A program made the translations under genes and the position numbers. The notes beneath the pieces were generated by a model. That model was given only the letters and a program-made list of their open reading frames with translations, did no database searches and was not told where the DNA came from. From Erythrobacter sp. (GTDB lineage: Bacteria > Pseudomonadota > Alphaproteobacteria > Sphingomonadales > Sphingomonadaceae), in NCBI RefSeq assembly GCF_040217515.1, contig NZ_JAVJPT010000005.1, positions 30,576-94,575 on the forward strand: 64,000 nt of DNA, read 5' to 3'. Position 1 is the stretch's first letter; each line of letters begins with the position of its first letter. Below, one piece after another: positions 17,248-27,828 of the stretch.

Positions 17248-19542
17248 ATGTTCGACACGAAAACCGTATCGCTGGAGTGGGGCGGGAAAACCCTCACTCT
17301 GGAAACCGGCCGCATTGCCCGTCAGGCAGACGGCGCTGTGCTGGCCACCTATGGCGAGACCGTGGTGCTGTGCGCCGTGACCGCCGCCAAGAGCGTCCGC
17401 GAAGGCCAGGACTTCTTCCCGCTCACCGTCCACTACCAGGAAAAATTCTCCGCCGCGGGCCGTATCCCGGGCGGCTTCTTCAAGCGCGAAGGCCGCGCGA
17501 CGGAAAAGGAAACGCTCACCTCCCGCCTGATCGACCGCCCGGTGCGGCCGCTTTTCCCCGAAGGTTTCTACAACGAAATCAACGTGATCTGCCAGGTCCT
17601 GTCCTATGATGGCGAGACCGAGCCCGATATCGTCGCGATGATCGCCGCCTCGGCTGCGCTCACCCTGTCGGGCGTGCCCTTCATGGGCCCGATCGGCGCG
17701 GCGCGAGTGGGCTATACCAGCGATGGCGAATACGTTCTCAATCCCAGCATTTCCGATGCGCTGGGCGAAGATGGGTGTCTCGACCTCGTTGTTGCCGCGA
17801 CACAGGACGCGGTGATGATGGTCGAATCCGAAGCCAAGGAACTGACCGAGGACGAAATGCTCGGCGCGGTCATGTTCGCTCACGAGGAGTCGAAGAAGGT
17901 CATCGACGCGATCATCGATCTCGCCGAGCAGGCTGCGAACGAGCCGTGGGAAATCGACACCGCCGATGATACCTCGGCGATCAAGGAAAAGCTGCGCGGC
18001 ATTGTCGGTGACGATATTGCCGCGGCCTACAAGCTGACCGACAAGTCGGCCCGCTCCGACGCACTGAACGACGCGCGCACCAAGGCGAAGGAAGCCTTCG
18101 CCGAGGAAGAGCCGCAGACGCAGATGGTCGCCAACAAGGCGGTCAAGAAGCTCGAAGCGGAAATCGTGCGTGGTGCCATCCTCAAGGACGGCCAGCGCAT
18201 CGACGGGCGCAAGCTCGATCAGGTCCGCCCGATCGAGGCGGCGGTCGGCCTGCTGCCGCGGACCCACGGCTCGGCACTGTTCACCCGCGGCGAGACGCAG
18301 GCGATCTGCACGACCACGCTCGGCACCAAGGACGCCGAGCAGATGATCGACGGGCTCGAGGGGCTGAGCTACTCGAACTTCATGCTGCACTATAACTTCC
18401 CGCCCTATTCGGTCGGCGAAGTGGGCCGCTTCGGCTTTACCAGCCGCCGCGAAACCGGCCACGGCAAGCTCGCCTGGCGCGCGCTGCACCCGGTCCTGCC
18501 CGATGCGGAGGAGTTTCCCTATACGATCCGTGTCCTGTCCGACATCACTGAATCCAACGGCTCGTCCTCGATGGCGACCGTGTGCGGCGGGGCGCTGTCG
18601 ATGATGGACGCGGGCGTTCCGCTCAAGCGTCCGGTCTCCGGCATCGCGATGGGCCTGATCCTCGAAGGCGAGGATTTCGCCGTCCTGTCCGACATTCTGG
18701 GCGACGAGGATCACCTCGGCGACATGGATTTCAAGGTGGCCGGTTCGGAAGAGGGGATCACCTCGCTCCAGATGGACATCAAGGTCGCCGGGATCACCCG
18801 CGAGATCATGGAAAAGGCGCTCGAACAGGCCAAGGCCGGCCGCGCGCACATCCTGGGTGAAATGACCAAGGCGCTCGGCTCTGCCCGCGGCGAGGTTTCC
18901 AAGCACGCGCCGCGGATCGAGACGATGCAGATCGACAAGTCGAAGATCCGCGACGTGATCGGCACGGGCGGCAAGGTGATCCGCGAGATCGTCGCGGAAA
19001 CCGGTGCCAAGGTCGACATCGACGACGAGGGCGTGATCAAGATCTCCTCCAGTAATCTCGACGAGATCGAGGCTGCCCGCAAGTGGATCGAAGGCATCGT
19101 CGAGGAAGCCGAAGTCGGCAAGATCTACGCTGGCAAGGTCGTCAACATCGTTGATTTCGGCGCTTTCGTGAACTTCATGGGCGGCAAGGACGGGCTCGTC
19201 CACGTCTCCGAAATGAAGAACGAGCGCGTCGAAAAGCCGACCGATGTCGTTTCCGAAGGCCAGGAGGTGAAGGTCAAGGTGCTTGAGATCGACCAGCGCG
19301 GCAAGGTCCGCCTGTCGATGCGTGTCGTCGACCAGGAAACCGGCGAAGAGCTGGAAGATACCCGACCGCCGCGCGAACCGCGCGGTGACAAGGGTGGCCG
19401 CGGCGGCGGTCGTGGCGGCGACCGCGGTGGTGATCGCAGGGGCGGCCGTGGACGCGGCCCGCGCGGCGGCAACCGCGATGGCGGCGGCGACAATGGCGGC
19501 GGCGATGGGCCCGCAGCCATGCCCGACTTCCTGAAGGACTGA
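17248..19542 (+). CDS. pnp: Polyribonucleotide nucleotidyltransferase (PNPase)
   Basis: 764 aa: two RNase PH domains, KH and S1, plus an Arg/Gly-rich C-terminal tail. Confidence 0.98.
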   Translation: MFDTKTVSLEWGGKTLTLETGRIARQADGAVLATYGETVVLCAVTAAKSVREGQDFFPLTVHYQEKFSAAGRIPGGFFKREGRATEKETLTSRLIDRPVRPLFPEGFYNEINVICQVLSYDGETEPDIVAMIAASAALTLSGVPFMGPIGAARVGYTSDGEYVLNPSISDALGEDGCLDLVVAATQDAVMMVESEAKELTEDEMLGAVMFAHEESKKVIDAIIDLAEQAANEPWEIDTADDTSAIKEKLRGIVGDDIAAAYKLTDKSARSDALNDARTKAKEAFAEEEPQTQMVANKAVKKLEAEIVRGAILKDGQRIDGRKLDQVRPIEAAVGLLPRTHGSALFTRGETQAICTTTLGTKDAEQMIDGLEGLSYSNFMLHYNFPPYSVGEVGRFGFTSRRETGHGKLAWRALHPVLPDAEEFPYTIRVLSDITESNGSSSMATVCGGALSMMDAGVPLKRPVSGIAMGLILEGEDFAVLSDILGDEDHLGDMDFKVAGSEEGITSLQMDIKVAGITREIMEKALEQAKAGRAHILGEMTKALGSARGEVSKHAPRIETMQIDKSKIRDVIGTGGKVIREIVAETGAKVDIDDEGVIKISSSNLDEIEAARKWIEGIVEEAEVGKIYAGKVVNIVDFGAFVNFMGGKDGLVHVSEMKNERVEKPTDVVSEGQEVKVKVLEIDQRGKVRLSMRVVDQETGEELEDTRPPREPRGDKGGRGGGRGGDRGGDRRGGRGRGPRGGNRDGGGDNGGGDGPAAMPDFLKD

Positions 19543-19560
19543 TCGCCTTCACACCGCATT

Positions 19561-19598
19561 AAAAAGGGCCGCCCGCCGCAAGGCAGGGCGGCCCTTTT
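19561..19598 (+). terminator. Rho-independent terminator after pnp
   Basis: Perfect 11-bp GC-rich stem (AAGGGCCGCCC / GGGCGGCCCTT) with an 11-nt loop and a TTTT tail. Flanked by an A-tract upstream. Confidence 0.85.
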
Positions 19599-19615
19599 CG
19601 ATTGAGAGACCCCGA

Positions 19616-20299
19616 ATGCTCGAAAGAAAGACCCTTGCCACAGCCGCCATCCCGGGCGGTGACGAGGAACTGGCGCTTGTCAGCCACGGGCGCGATTTCA
19701 TCATCATGCTGGGACGCGGCGAATTGATGGGTACGCGCATGCAGTTTTCCGAGGAACAGCTTGCGCTTCTCACTCTTGCGGAACTGGATGCCAGGGCTCC
19801 GCGGGTCCTGATCGGCGGCTATGGCATGGGTTTCACCTATCGCGCCGCGCTTTCGCAGCTTCCCGCAGGGGGCGAGGTGCGCGTCGCGGAGGTGGTGCCG
19901 GAAATCCTCGACTGGGCAAAGGGGCCGCTCGCGCATCTCACCGGAGACAGCCTAGAGGATCCGAGAGGCGATATCAGGCTGTGCGACGTTTCGGCGCTGA
20001 TCGACGATGCCAATGACGGGACCTGCAAGAAATATGACGCGATCCTGCTCGATGTCGACAATGGCCCGGACGGAATCGTGCGCGATGCGAACAACCGGCT
20101 CTATTCGCGGACCGGGCTCGGCAAGGCGCGCGATGCGCTCAATCCCTGCGGCGTGCTGGCGATCTGGTCAGCCGCGCCCGACCACAAGTTCACGCGGCGG
20201 TTGAAGGATGCGGGCTTCGCCGTCGAAGCGCGGGAGGTGCGGGCGAGGCCGAACGGCAAGGGCCCACGCCACACGATCTGGTTTGCGCGCAAGAGCTGA
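19616..20299 (+). CDS. Spermidine-synthase-like methyltransferase-fold protein
   Basis: VLIGGYGMGFTYRAAL and YDAILLDVDNGPD motifs are typical of the short spermine/spermidine synthase-like family. Confidence 0.65.
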   Translation: MLERKTLATAAIPGGDEELALVSHGRDFIIMLGRGELMGTRMQFSEEQLALLTLAELDARAPRVLIGGYGMGFTYRAALSQLPAGGEVRVAEVVPEILDWAKGPLAHLTGDSLEDPRGDIRLCDVSALIDDANDGTCKKYDAILLDVDNGPDGIVRDANNRLYSRTGLGKARDALNPCGVLAIWSAAPDHKFTRRLKDAGFAVEAREVRARPNGKGPRHTIWFARKS

Positions 20300-20312
20300 T
20301 CCAGCGGCTGGC

Positions 20313-21230
20313 TCAGAAATCGTAGATGATCGTCACCCTGCTGAGCGTATCGGTCTTCACCGCGCCTGCGGGCGGGTCGGTGTCGTGCTCCACCGTGTAG
20401 GACAGGCGCAGCGATAGGTCGCCTGCGACCTTCGCGACGAGCCCACTGTCCGAGATGAAGGTCGAGGAACCCGACTGGACGAAGGCGCTCGCATCCTGCG
20501 TGAAGGAGACGGTGTCGAGCAGCTGCCAGTCGAAATCGAGCGCCGCGAGCCCGGCAAGGTCGCTCCGACTGCCCCCGTCGACGAATTCTGTCCTTCGCCA
20601 TGCGGGGCCGGCCTTGATGGAAAGGGTGACGGGTTCGTCCAGCAGCACGTCATAACCGAGGCCGCCCGAGACCGAATAGCGGGCCGAAAACCCCTGGAAC
20701 CGGTCACGTTCGTATTGTGCAAGACCATAGGCATAGAGCCGGTCGTTGATCTTCCAGTTGGGCTCGTAAACGGCGAGGAATTGCTCGCGCGTGACGACGC
20801 CGTCGGTTTCCTGGTAATCGGCGCGGCCGGATAATTTGTGCCGCCACCTGATCCCCTCGCGCGTCAGAGAGAGGCCGGCGGTGATCCCCGTGTTCGAGGC
20901 ATTCCCGGTCGAGCGGAACGCACCCAGTTCGCCTTTGCCGCTCCAGTTCTCGAACAGGCCGGCAGTGCGGATGCGCTCCTGCTCGGCAGCGGCTTCGGCC
21001 TCTGCCGCCACGGCCAGCTGCGTCTCGTAAGCGGCCAGGATCGCATCGATTTCGGCACCATCCTCGGGATTGGTCGCGCGGGCGAGTTCGATGACGGTGC
21101 GCACCTTCGCTTCCTCACCGGTCTCGATCGCGGCGTCGATCATCGCGCGCACGGGGGCGGGCAGGTCGGCGAAGGCGGGGGCGGGCAAAGCGAGCGCGCC
21201 GCAAGCGATACCGGTCAACGCAAGGCGCAT
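20313..21230 (-). CDS. DUF481-family outer-membrane beta-barrel protein
   Basis: Signal peptide, alternating beta-strand pattern, C-terminal ...RVTIIYDF (terminal Phe). Resembles YdiY/DUF481. Confidence 0.7.
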   Translation of the reverse strand: MRLALTGIACGALALPAPAFADLPAPVRAMIDAAIETGEEAKVRTVIELARATNPEDGAEIDAILAAYETQLAVAAEAEAAAEQERIRTAGLFENWSGKGELGAFRSTGNASNTGITAGLSLTREGIRWRHKLSGRADYQETDGVVTREQFLAVYEPNWKINDRLYAYGLAQYERDRFQGFSARYSVSGGLGYDVLLDEPVTLSIKAGPAWRRTEFVDGGSRSDLAGLAALDFDWQLLDTVSFTQDASAFVQSGSSTFISDSGLVAKVAGDLSLRLSYTVEHDTDPPAGAVKTDTLSRVTIIYDF

Positions 21231-21234
21231 TGTC

Positions 21235-21777
21235 CTAGTCTCCTGCCGTGCTCGCCCGGGCCGTTGGCAAGGGCCCCATATAATCCATCTTGCCCAGCTT
21301 CACGCCCTTCATACGGCATATCCCGTAGAAGGTCGCAGCGTGAAATTGGAAATTGACCTGATGGAATCCCAGAAGAAACTGGGAAACCGTCCCTTCCATC
21401 AGCTTGCGGCCGCCCATCACGAAGGTGACCTTGCTATCGGCGATGCGTTCAAGGTCGTCCTCGTCTACGCCGGTCAGCGTAGCGAGCGCCTCGTCGACCA
21501 TCGCTCTCATCGCGTCCCAGCTATCGGGAATGGCAGTGAAATCAGGGGTGAACTCGCCTGTCGGCATGAGGCCTAGCGCATAGCCCGAATGGACCCAGCA
21601 GGCCCGAACGTGCCAGGGCAAGGGCCACATGTCGGGGACGAGCGAGGCACCTATCAGTTCGGCATCGTCGAGGCCCTCGGCCCGGGTATGGGCCTCGGCG
21701 CGGTCAATGACCGTGCGCAGCCCTCCGAGCAATTGCTCGCAGGTAGGCACGAAGGCGGTGTGAAGCGTAAGCGGCAT
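21235..21777 (-). CDS. DUF1993-family protein
   Basis: Colinear with the DUF1993 pattern (F.P...L..L..V.D.AEAH ... PDM.PL ... NF.FH...Y.I.R..GV.LGK.DY.G). Confidence 0.7.
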   Translation of the reverse strand: MPLTLHTAFVPTCEQLLGGLRTVIDRAEAHTRAEGLDDAELIGASLVPDMWPLPWHVRACWVHSGYALGLMPTGEFTPDFTAIPDSWDAMRAMVDEALATLTGVDEDDLERIADSKVTFVMGGRKLMEGTVSQFLLGFHQVNFQFHAATFYGICRMKGVKLGKMDYMGPLPTARASTAGD

Positions 21778-21876
21778 GGAGTCCCCCGTTCAGCCCGAAA
21801 TCGGGCATCTCCGCGCACGATTAGCGGCAGAAAAGCGCGCGGGCTACCCTGTGAAATGACCCGTCCGCCGCCGCCC

Positions 21877-22599
21877 TCAGCGAACCCGTGGGCCGCCGAA
21901 GGGCAGCGGGGGAGGCGGCTTGCGCGAACCGCGCGGAAGCTGCGCCTGGTAGGCTCGCCCGCAATGCTCGACGCAATAGGGAAAGCCGGGATTGACCGGT
22001 TCGCCGCAGAAATGGAAGTCGGGTTCACCCGGGTGACCCATGGGCCAGCGGCAGACCTTGTCCGAGAGGTCGAGCAGGCTGGTTTTGTCGGCGATTTCGG
22101 GGCTCGGCTTGGCGGGGACAAGGCGGCGAGGTGGGGCTGGCGGAATCGGAGCCTGCTGGTCGCCCGGGCCCTGGCGAAGAAAACCGCCCGGGCCGACCGA
22201 TACGATCTTGGGCAGGTTCTGCTCCTCCTTGGGCGGGTTATCCGCCGCAGCGGGCGCATCGGTGCCTTCTGTCGGCTGTGCTGGCGCTGCTGCCTTCTGC
22301 GTCGTCTTGGCGACCGGATCTTTGTTTGCTGCGGGCGTCTCATCGGCCTTTGCTGCCGGTCTGGCCGGCGAAGCGCCCTTTTTTGGGGGAGTGGGCTTGG
22401 CTGCCTGCTTTTTCGGCGCAGGCTTCTTCTTGTCGTTAGCCTTGACCGGCGAGGGGCGCGATTTGAGCCCGAGACGATGCGCCTTGCCGATCACCGCATT
22501 ACGGCTCACTCCGCCCAGTTCGTCGGCGATCTGGCTCGCGGTGGCGCCGCTTTCCCACATCTTCTTGAGCGTTGCGATGCGCTCGTCAGTCCAGCTCAT
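21877..22599 (-). CDS. gcrA: Cell-cycle transcriptional regulator GcrA
   Basis: MSWTDERIATLKKMWESGATASQIADELGGVSRNAVIGKAHRLGL N-terminus and a C-terminal CRWPMGHPGEPDFHFCG motif. Start taken at the ATG at 22599. Confidence 0.93.
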   Translation of the reverse strand: MSWTDERIATLKKMWESGATASQIADELGGVSRNAVIGKAHRLGLKSRPSPVKANDKKKPAPKKQAAKPTPPKKGASPARPAAKADETPAANKDPVAKTTQKAAAPAQPTEGTDAPAAADNPPKEEQNLPKIVSVGPGGFLRQGPGDQQAPIPPAPPRRLVPAKPSPEIADKTSLLDLSDKVCRWPMGHPGEPDFHFCGEPVNPGFPYCVEHCGRAYQAQLPRGSRKPPPPLPFGGPRVR

Positions 22600-22793
22600 A
22601 GGTTTTCGATTCCGTTCCTGATGGTTGCGCCCGGACCGCTGCGTGTGAACCGGCTGCGCGGTGGGCGGGGCGGGTGTTGCCAGCGCTTGCCCAAGCACGT
22701 AGGCGCTGGCGCATGGCCGATCAAGCATCCACCGCCGAATCGTCGGCGAGATCCTCCCATTCCGGGCCTGCCAAAGCTGGTGAGGCCGGAAGC

Positions 22794-23612
22794 ATGGCCT
22801 TTACCCCTCGCGGGCGCCCAGTCATTACCGGGATCAATCGCGTCGGGCTCTACAGCCTCTATATGAAGGAGGTCCGGCGGTTTCTCAAGGTGCAGACCCA
22901 GACGATCTGGGCTCCGGCGGTCACGACCCTTTTGTTTCTGGTAATCTTCTCGGTCGCGTTGGGCCGGGAGGGACGCGAGGTGCTGGGCGTCCCGTTCTCC
23001 AGCTTCGTCGCACCCGGCCTCATTGTCATGGGAATGATGCAGAATGCGTTCGCCAACTCGAGCTTCTCGTTGCTTTCGGGTAAGATCCAGGGGACCATCA
23101 TCGATCTTCTGATGCCGCCGCTTTCGCCAGGCGAATTGATGGCGGGGATCGTCGCAGCGGCGGTTACTCGCGCGGTCGCGGTGGGCTGCACGGTGGCGCT
23201 TGCGATGGTTCTTTGGCCGGGCGTGAGCGTGCCTGTCGCACATGTCTGGGCGATCGTCTGGTTCGGACTGATGGGGGCGGTGATGCTTTCGGTCTTCGGT
23301 CTTGCGACCTCGATCTGGGCTGAGAAGTTCGATCACAATGCCGCGATCACCAACTTCGTCATCGCTCCGCTCTCTTTGCTGTCCGGGACATTTTACGTGA
23401 TCGACAACCTCGCGCCCGCATTCCAGGCGGTGAGCCGGGCCAATCCGTTTTTCTACGTTATCTCGGGCTTTCGCTACGGCTTTCTGGGCGAAAGTGATAT
23501 TGGATCGGCGACCCAAGTGGTGTGGGCGGCGGTCGGCATGGGGGTGTTCAACGTGGTGCTCGCCTTGATCGTCTACACGATCCTGAGGTCCGGCTGGAAG
23601 CTGAAAAGCTAG
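22794..23612 (+). CDS. ABC-2-type transporter permease
   Basis: Six predicted TM segments and the ABC-2 family pattern. No ATPase gene adjacent. Start is either 22794 or 22713. Confidence 0.75.
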   Translation: MAFTPRGRPVITGINRVGLYSLYMKEVRRFLKVQTQTIWAPAVTTLLFLVIFSVALGREGREVLGVPFSSFVAPGLIVMGMMQNAFANSSFSLLSGKIQGTIIDLLMPPLSPGELMAGIVAAAVTRAVAVGCTVALAMVLWPGVSVPVAHVWAIVWFGLMGAVMLSVFGLATSIWAEKFDHNAAITNFVIAPLSLLSGTFYVIDNLAPAFQAVSRANPFFYVISGFRYGFLGESDIGSATQVVWAAVGMGVFNVVLALIVYTILRSGWKLKS

Positions 23613-23712
23613 GCCAAGGTCGCAGTGACGGGCTGAATATGGCAGCAGACTTGCTTACGCGTCCGCTGCGCCGAACGCCCGAAGACATTGCGGGGCGCAA
23701 ACGCCGCCAATT

Positions 23713-24093
23713 TCAATGGGTCAGCGAGCGCCGCATCCGATAGCGACCGTCCTCGAAACTTTCGAACAATTGCGGGACTGTCGGATGGTCGATCGGCCCG
23801 CCTTTCGCATCGCCCACAAGATTGCCTTGGCTGACATAGGCGACATAGCTCGACTCGTCATTTTCGGCGAGGAGATGGTAGAACGGCTGATCACGGTCGG
23901 GACGAATGTCCTCCGGAATCGACTGATACCATTCCTCGCTATTGGCGAAAACCGGATCGATATCGAAGATCACTCCGCGAAAGCTGAACAGGCGGTGGCG
24001 GACCACATCGCCGATGCCGAAGCGGGTGCGGGTTTCAAGCGGGGCGTAGATCGTGCGCCCCGCCTGCGTCGAAAAGAACTGAGCACGTTCCAT
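23713..24093 (-). CDS. hspQ: Heat-shock protein HspQ (YccV, hemimethylated-DNA-binding family)
   Basis: FGIGDVVRHRLFSFRGVIFDIDPVF...PFYHLL is colinear with E. coli HspQ. Confidence 0.85.
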   Translation of the reverse strand: MERAQFFSTQAGRTIYAPLETRTRFGIGDVVRHRLFSFRGVIFDIDPVFANSEEWYQSIPEDIRPDRDQPFYHLLAENDESSYVAYVSQGNLVGDAKGGPIDHPTVPQLFESFEDGRYRMRRSLTH

Positions 24094-24322
24094 AGTGAGC
24101 AGGATATGGGTCCTTCGTCTGCCATGGCAAGGCGCGGTGCTGCGGCAGGCGCGAGATATGCCCGAATTTTGTCTGCGATCGGGACTTGGCAAGTGCCGGG
24201 CCATGGGGTAACGGGCCCGCTCCCGGCCAGCCCGCCGAAGCGTTGGACCGACGCGGAGGGATGGCCAGGGCTCGGTCGCCAGTCGCAGGAGCCAGCCGCT
24301 CTCGGCGTCCGCAACAGCCGTC

Positions 24323-24412
<90 letters not shown>

Positions 24413-24775
24413 GCTACCCCCAGCACGAATGTGTGCTTCCTTGGGGCATGCCGAAGACGGCGGAACCGGCGGCTTTGCGTAGGGCGATCGCCCGACTAAA
24501 CGGGGAACAGCGCTGCGGGAGATGTTCACCGAGTACACCGCGCGAGTGCCCGTACCCGATCCCTTCGCACCACAGGACCCGTAAGACAAACCGGACGACG
24601 GCCCCTCCCGCCGGATCCGCCGCAGCGGAGCGGAACTCGTTGTCCTCGCGTGAAAAAGGGCATTGCAGGCAAGAGGCGCAAGACCGTCCCGAAACACGTC
24701 AGGGGCGGAAAGGAAAAAGCATCCTTGCGCCCCGGCATTTCGAACAGGCCATGGCGTGGAGTGCCACTCTCCCGT

Positions 24776-26113
24776 TCAATCGCGAAAAGCGCGCTGAAAC
24801 TGATCGACCAGCGGCTTTGTCACGTAAGACAGAATCGAACGGCTTCCAGTCTCGATGAAGAGTTCCGCCGGCATCCCAGATACGAGTTCTTTGCCCTCGG
24901 AAAGCCTGGGGCTCTGCCGGTTTATCGCCACTCTCACTCGAAAGAGCCGTGCTCCCGTGTTTTCTTCGGTCACGGGGTCAGCCGATACGAAGATCACTTT
25001 GCCTGTCAGTTCGGGCGTGGTCGCCTGATTGAACGCGGAAAGCCTGATTCGGACTGGCTGCCCCACCTCTACCCGGTCGATGTCGGTCGGAAGCACTAGG
25101 CCGTTGAACACTAGCCGATCTTCCCGAGGCACGATCTGCAATATCGTCTCGGCTGGTTGGACGACTTCACCAATCGCGCTGAAGGCAAGCTTGTCCACCG
25201 TTCCGGCATAGGACGAGCGTATCTCCGAACGACTGAACTTGTCCTTCGCACTGGCGCTGGCAACACGTTGCTCATTGATCGCGGATTCGACCCTTGCCAG
25301 ATCTGCACTCGCCCGCGTCCGGGCCGTCTGGCCGACCTGTATGCGCTTCTCCTGTGCCTCTGCGATCCCGGCATTCGCTCTCGCGATACTGGCCCGCAGC
25401 GAACCGATAGAGCCATCGAGATCGATCGCTGTGCGCTCCATTTCGTTCAGTCGGCGGATCGTCACATAACCTTGCCCGTGCAGCTCGCGGACCATTTCAA
25501 GCTCTGGTTGGATCAGCCTTTGCTGCGCTTCGAGTGAGCCGATTTGTGCCCGGTAGCCGTCAATCTGGCGGTTCAGCTGATTGACCCTCTCATCAAGCTG
25601 CAAGCGCAAGTTGGACTGTTCCGCTCGGTTCAATTCGAAACGGCGCGCTTCGTTACGAATTGCCTCGCGCGCATCATCGCTTCTGTCGTTGAGCAGCTCT
25701 GCGGGAAAGCGAATGGCTCCAAGGTCGGCGACTTCCGCGGAGAGCCTCGCGCGCTGCGCGAGCAATTGTGCCAGGGAACGTTCGGAAAACTCGGCATTGA
25801 CCGAACTCACCTGCGCATCCAGCCGAATGAGCAGGTCGCCTTTCTCCACCCTGTCGCCATCGGCGACGAGGATTTCCTCGATGACGCCGCCCGTCGGGTG
25901 GGCGATCCGTTTGATCCGTGTCTCGGGTGCGATCTCCGCAGTCGCAATCACGGCGCCCCCTATCGGCACGAGGAAGGCGCCGAACAGCACCAGACCCGCC
26001 AGAATGGCCGCCGCCGTTATCGCAAGGCGTGCTCGCCCCCGAGCGCTCTCATCATAGCTTTCGGCCAGAGCAAGTGGCTCCGCAGGAATGGCAATCGGCT
26101 GATGTGAATTCAT
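24776..26113 (-). CDS. Type I secretion periplasmic adaptor (HlyD family)
   Basis: 445 aa. N-terminal TM, lipoyl-like GGVIEEILVADGDRVEKGDLLIRLD, long coiled coil, C-terminal barrel. ATGA overlap with the ABC gene. Confidence 0.9.
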   Translation of the reverse strand: MNSHQPIAIPAEPLALAESYDESARGRARLAITAAAILAGLVLFGAFLVPIGGAVIATAEIAPETRIKRIAHPTGGVIEEILVADGDRVEKGDLLIRLDAQVSSVNAEFSERSLAQLLAQRARLSAEVADLGAIRFPAELLNDRSDDAREAIRNEARRFELNRAEQSNLRLQLDERVNQLNRQIDGYRAQIGSLEAQQRLIQPELEMVRELHGQGYVTIRRLNEMERTAIDLDGSIGSLRASIARANAGIAEAQEKRIQVGQTARTRASADLARVESAINEQRVASASAKDKFSRSEIRSSYAGTVDKLAFSAIGEVVQPAETILQIVPREDRLVFNGLVLPTDIDRVEVGQPVRIRLSAFNQATTPELTGKVIFVSADPVTEENTGARLFRVRVAINRQSPRLSEGKELVSGMPAELFIETGSRSILSYVTKPLVDQFQRAFRD

Positions 26114-27828
26114 GAACCTGCCCCTGCCGCGTCAGCACTAGGCAAAGCGGTGATTTGGGCGAGAATCGGATCGCGATCCCCAAATGCCGCCATGCGACCG
26201 TTCCGAAGCACCATCACCCTGTTTACCTGGCGCAGAGCCGATGGCCGATGCGCCACGATGGCCGTGATCGCGCCGCGTTCCCGCAAGCCCTTTATCGCCG
26301 TGTCGAGCGCCGCCTCGCCTTCGGAGTCGAGGTTGGAATTGGGTTCATCCAGAACAACCATGAATGGGTTTCCATAAAGCGCACGCGCCAATCCGATGCG
26401 TTGTCGTTGACCAGCCGAAAGCTGAGTACCGCCGACACCGATCATGGTGTCGTATCCGCTCTCGAGGGCGAGGACTATTTCGTGCACACCAGCTGACCTT
26501 GCAGCCGCGATGACCTTGTCAGATGGCATGATCGGATCGAAGCGCGCAATATTCTGCGCGATGGTACCATCGAACAGCTCGACATTTTGCGGCAGGTATC
26601 CGAGATGCTGGCCGATATTTTCGGGCGACCATTGATCGAGTCGAGCGCCGTCGAGCCGAACACTTCCGGCATATGGCGACCATAGCCCGATGAGCCCCCG
26701 CACCAGTGTCGTCTTGCCAGACGCGCTAGGGCCGATGATACCCACGGCATCGCCTGCCTGAAGTCGGAATGACACGCCTTCAATGACCGGGACTTCGGTT
26801 CCGGGCGGGGCAACAGCGAGGGCCTCGACATTCAAATGTTCGCTGGGTGGCGGCAATTGCGTGGTGTGGGGAGCCCGGTCGGGGACTGCGGATAGCAGCC
26901 GATCCAGCCTCGCCCAACCTTGGCGCGCAAGTGTGAATGATCCCCAGTGTGCGATGGCCTGGTCGATCGGCGCGAGCGCGCGCGCGGCCAGAATGGATGC
27001 TGCGAAAACTATGCCGCCACTTGCTTCTCCCGCAAGATACAGGAGCGCCCCGACGGAGAGAACAAGGCTCTGCAGAAAAAGGCGGAAGATCCGACTAATG
27101 CCGCTGATAAGTCCGCTCGTGCGTGCAACGTCGTGCTGTGCGGTATTGAGTTGGGCGTTGGCCGCTTGCCAACGCTCCATCATGCTTGGGCCCATGCCCA
27201 ATGCATTGATGACTTCCATATGACGCTGCAAATCCATGGCCAGCTTCGATCGTGAAGCGCGTGACCGGCTGAGCTGCTGGCTCGGCTCGGAGGTCATCCG
27301 GTCGTTCAGATAGGTGAGCGACACGAGGATCAGGGCACCGACCAGAGCCGTCACGCCGAGCCATATGTGCAGGAGAGACAGCAGGCCTATGAAGAGCAGG
27401 AGCCAGGGCAGATCCATCAATGCTCCGGGCCCGGGCGAACTAAGGAAGCTCCTGACGCTGTCCAGATCACGCATGGGAGTCAGGCCGTCATTGCGTTCCT
27501 CACCGGCCTCGAGCGCGAGCCTCGAAATCAGTCTGTATACCTGACCTGTCATCCGGGCATCGAACGCCGCTGCCACATCGCCGAGAAGTCGGACCCGCAA
27601 AAGATCGAACAAGCCCTGAAAGACATAAACCACGATGACCATGGCGAAGAGGCCGAACAGGGTTGCCGTATTGCCGCTCGGCATAACGGAGTCGTAGATC
27701 AGCAGCATGTAGATCGGGCCGCCGAGCAGCAACACGTTGAGGATAGCGCTGAGAAACGCGACCGTCATGAGCGCGGATTGCGACTTCTTCAATGCGTCGC
27801 GAAGTTCAAGGCTGCCTGATTCTTGCAT
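26110..27828 (-). CDS. Type I secretion system permease/ATPase (PrtD-like, no C39 peptidase domain)
   Basis: 572 aa. The TMD starts at the N-terminus. Walker A GPSASGKTT, signature LSAGQRQR, Walker B VVLDEPNSNLD. Confidence 0.9.
   Translation of the reverse strand: MQESGSLELRDALKKSQSALMTVAFLSAILNVLLLGGPIYMLLIYDSVMPSGNTATLFGLFAMVIVVYVFQGLFDLLRVRLLGDVAAAFDARMTGQVYRLISRLALEAGEERNDGLTPMRDLDSVRSFLSSPGPGALMDLPWLLLFIGLLSLLHIWLGVTALVGALILVSLTYLNDRMTSEPSQQLSRSRASRSKLAMDLQRHMEVINALGMGPSMMERWQAANAQLNTAQHDVARTSGLISGISRIFRLFLQSLVLSVGALLYLAGEASGGIVFAASILAARALAPIDQAIAHWGSFTLARQGWARLDRLLSAVPDRAPHTTQLPPPSEHLNVEALAVAPPGTEVPVIEGVSFRLQAGDAVGIIGPSASGKTTLVRGLIGLWSPYAGSVRLDGARLDQWSPENIGQHLGYLPQNVELFDGTIAQNIARFDPIMPSDKVIAAARSAGVHEIVLALESGYDTMIGVGGTQLSAGQRQRIGLARALYGNPFMVVLDEPNSNLDSEGEAALDTAIKGLRERGAITAIVAHRPSALRQVNRVMVLRNGRMAAFGDRDPILAQITALPSADAAGAGS

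Noticed and set aside
24413-24775. Search for integrase, att direct repeats of the tRNA-Ser 3' end, or transposase remnants that would define a bona fide genomic island.
   Set aside because: None were found by eye in 24413-24775 or at 27829-28755. I therefore do not annotate a mobile element and report only the compositional and positional anomaly.
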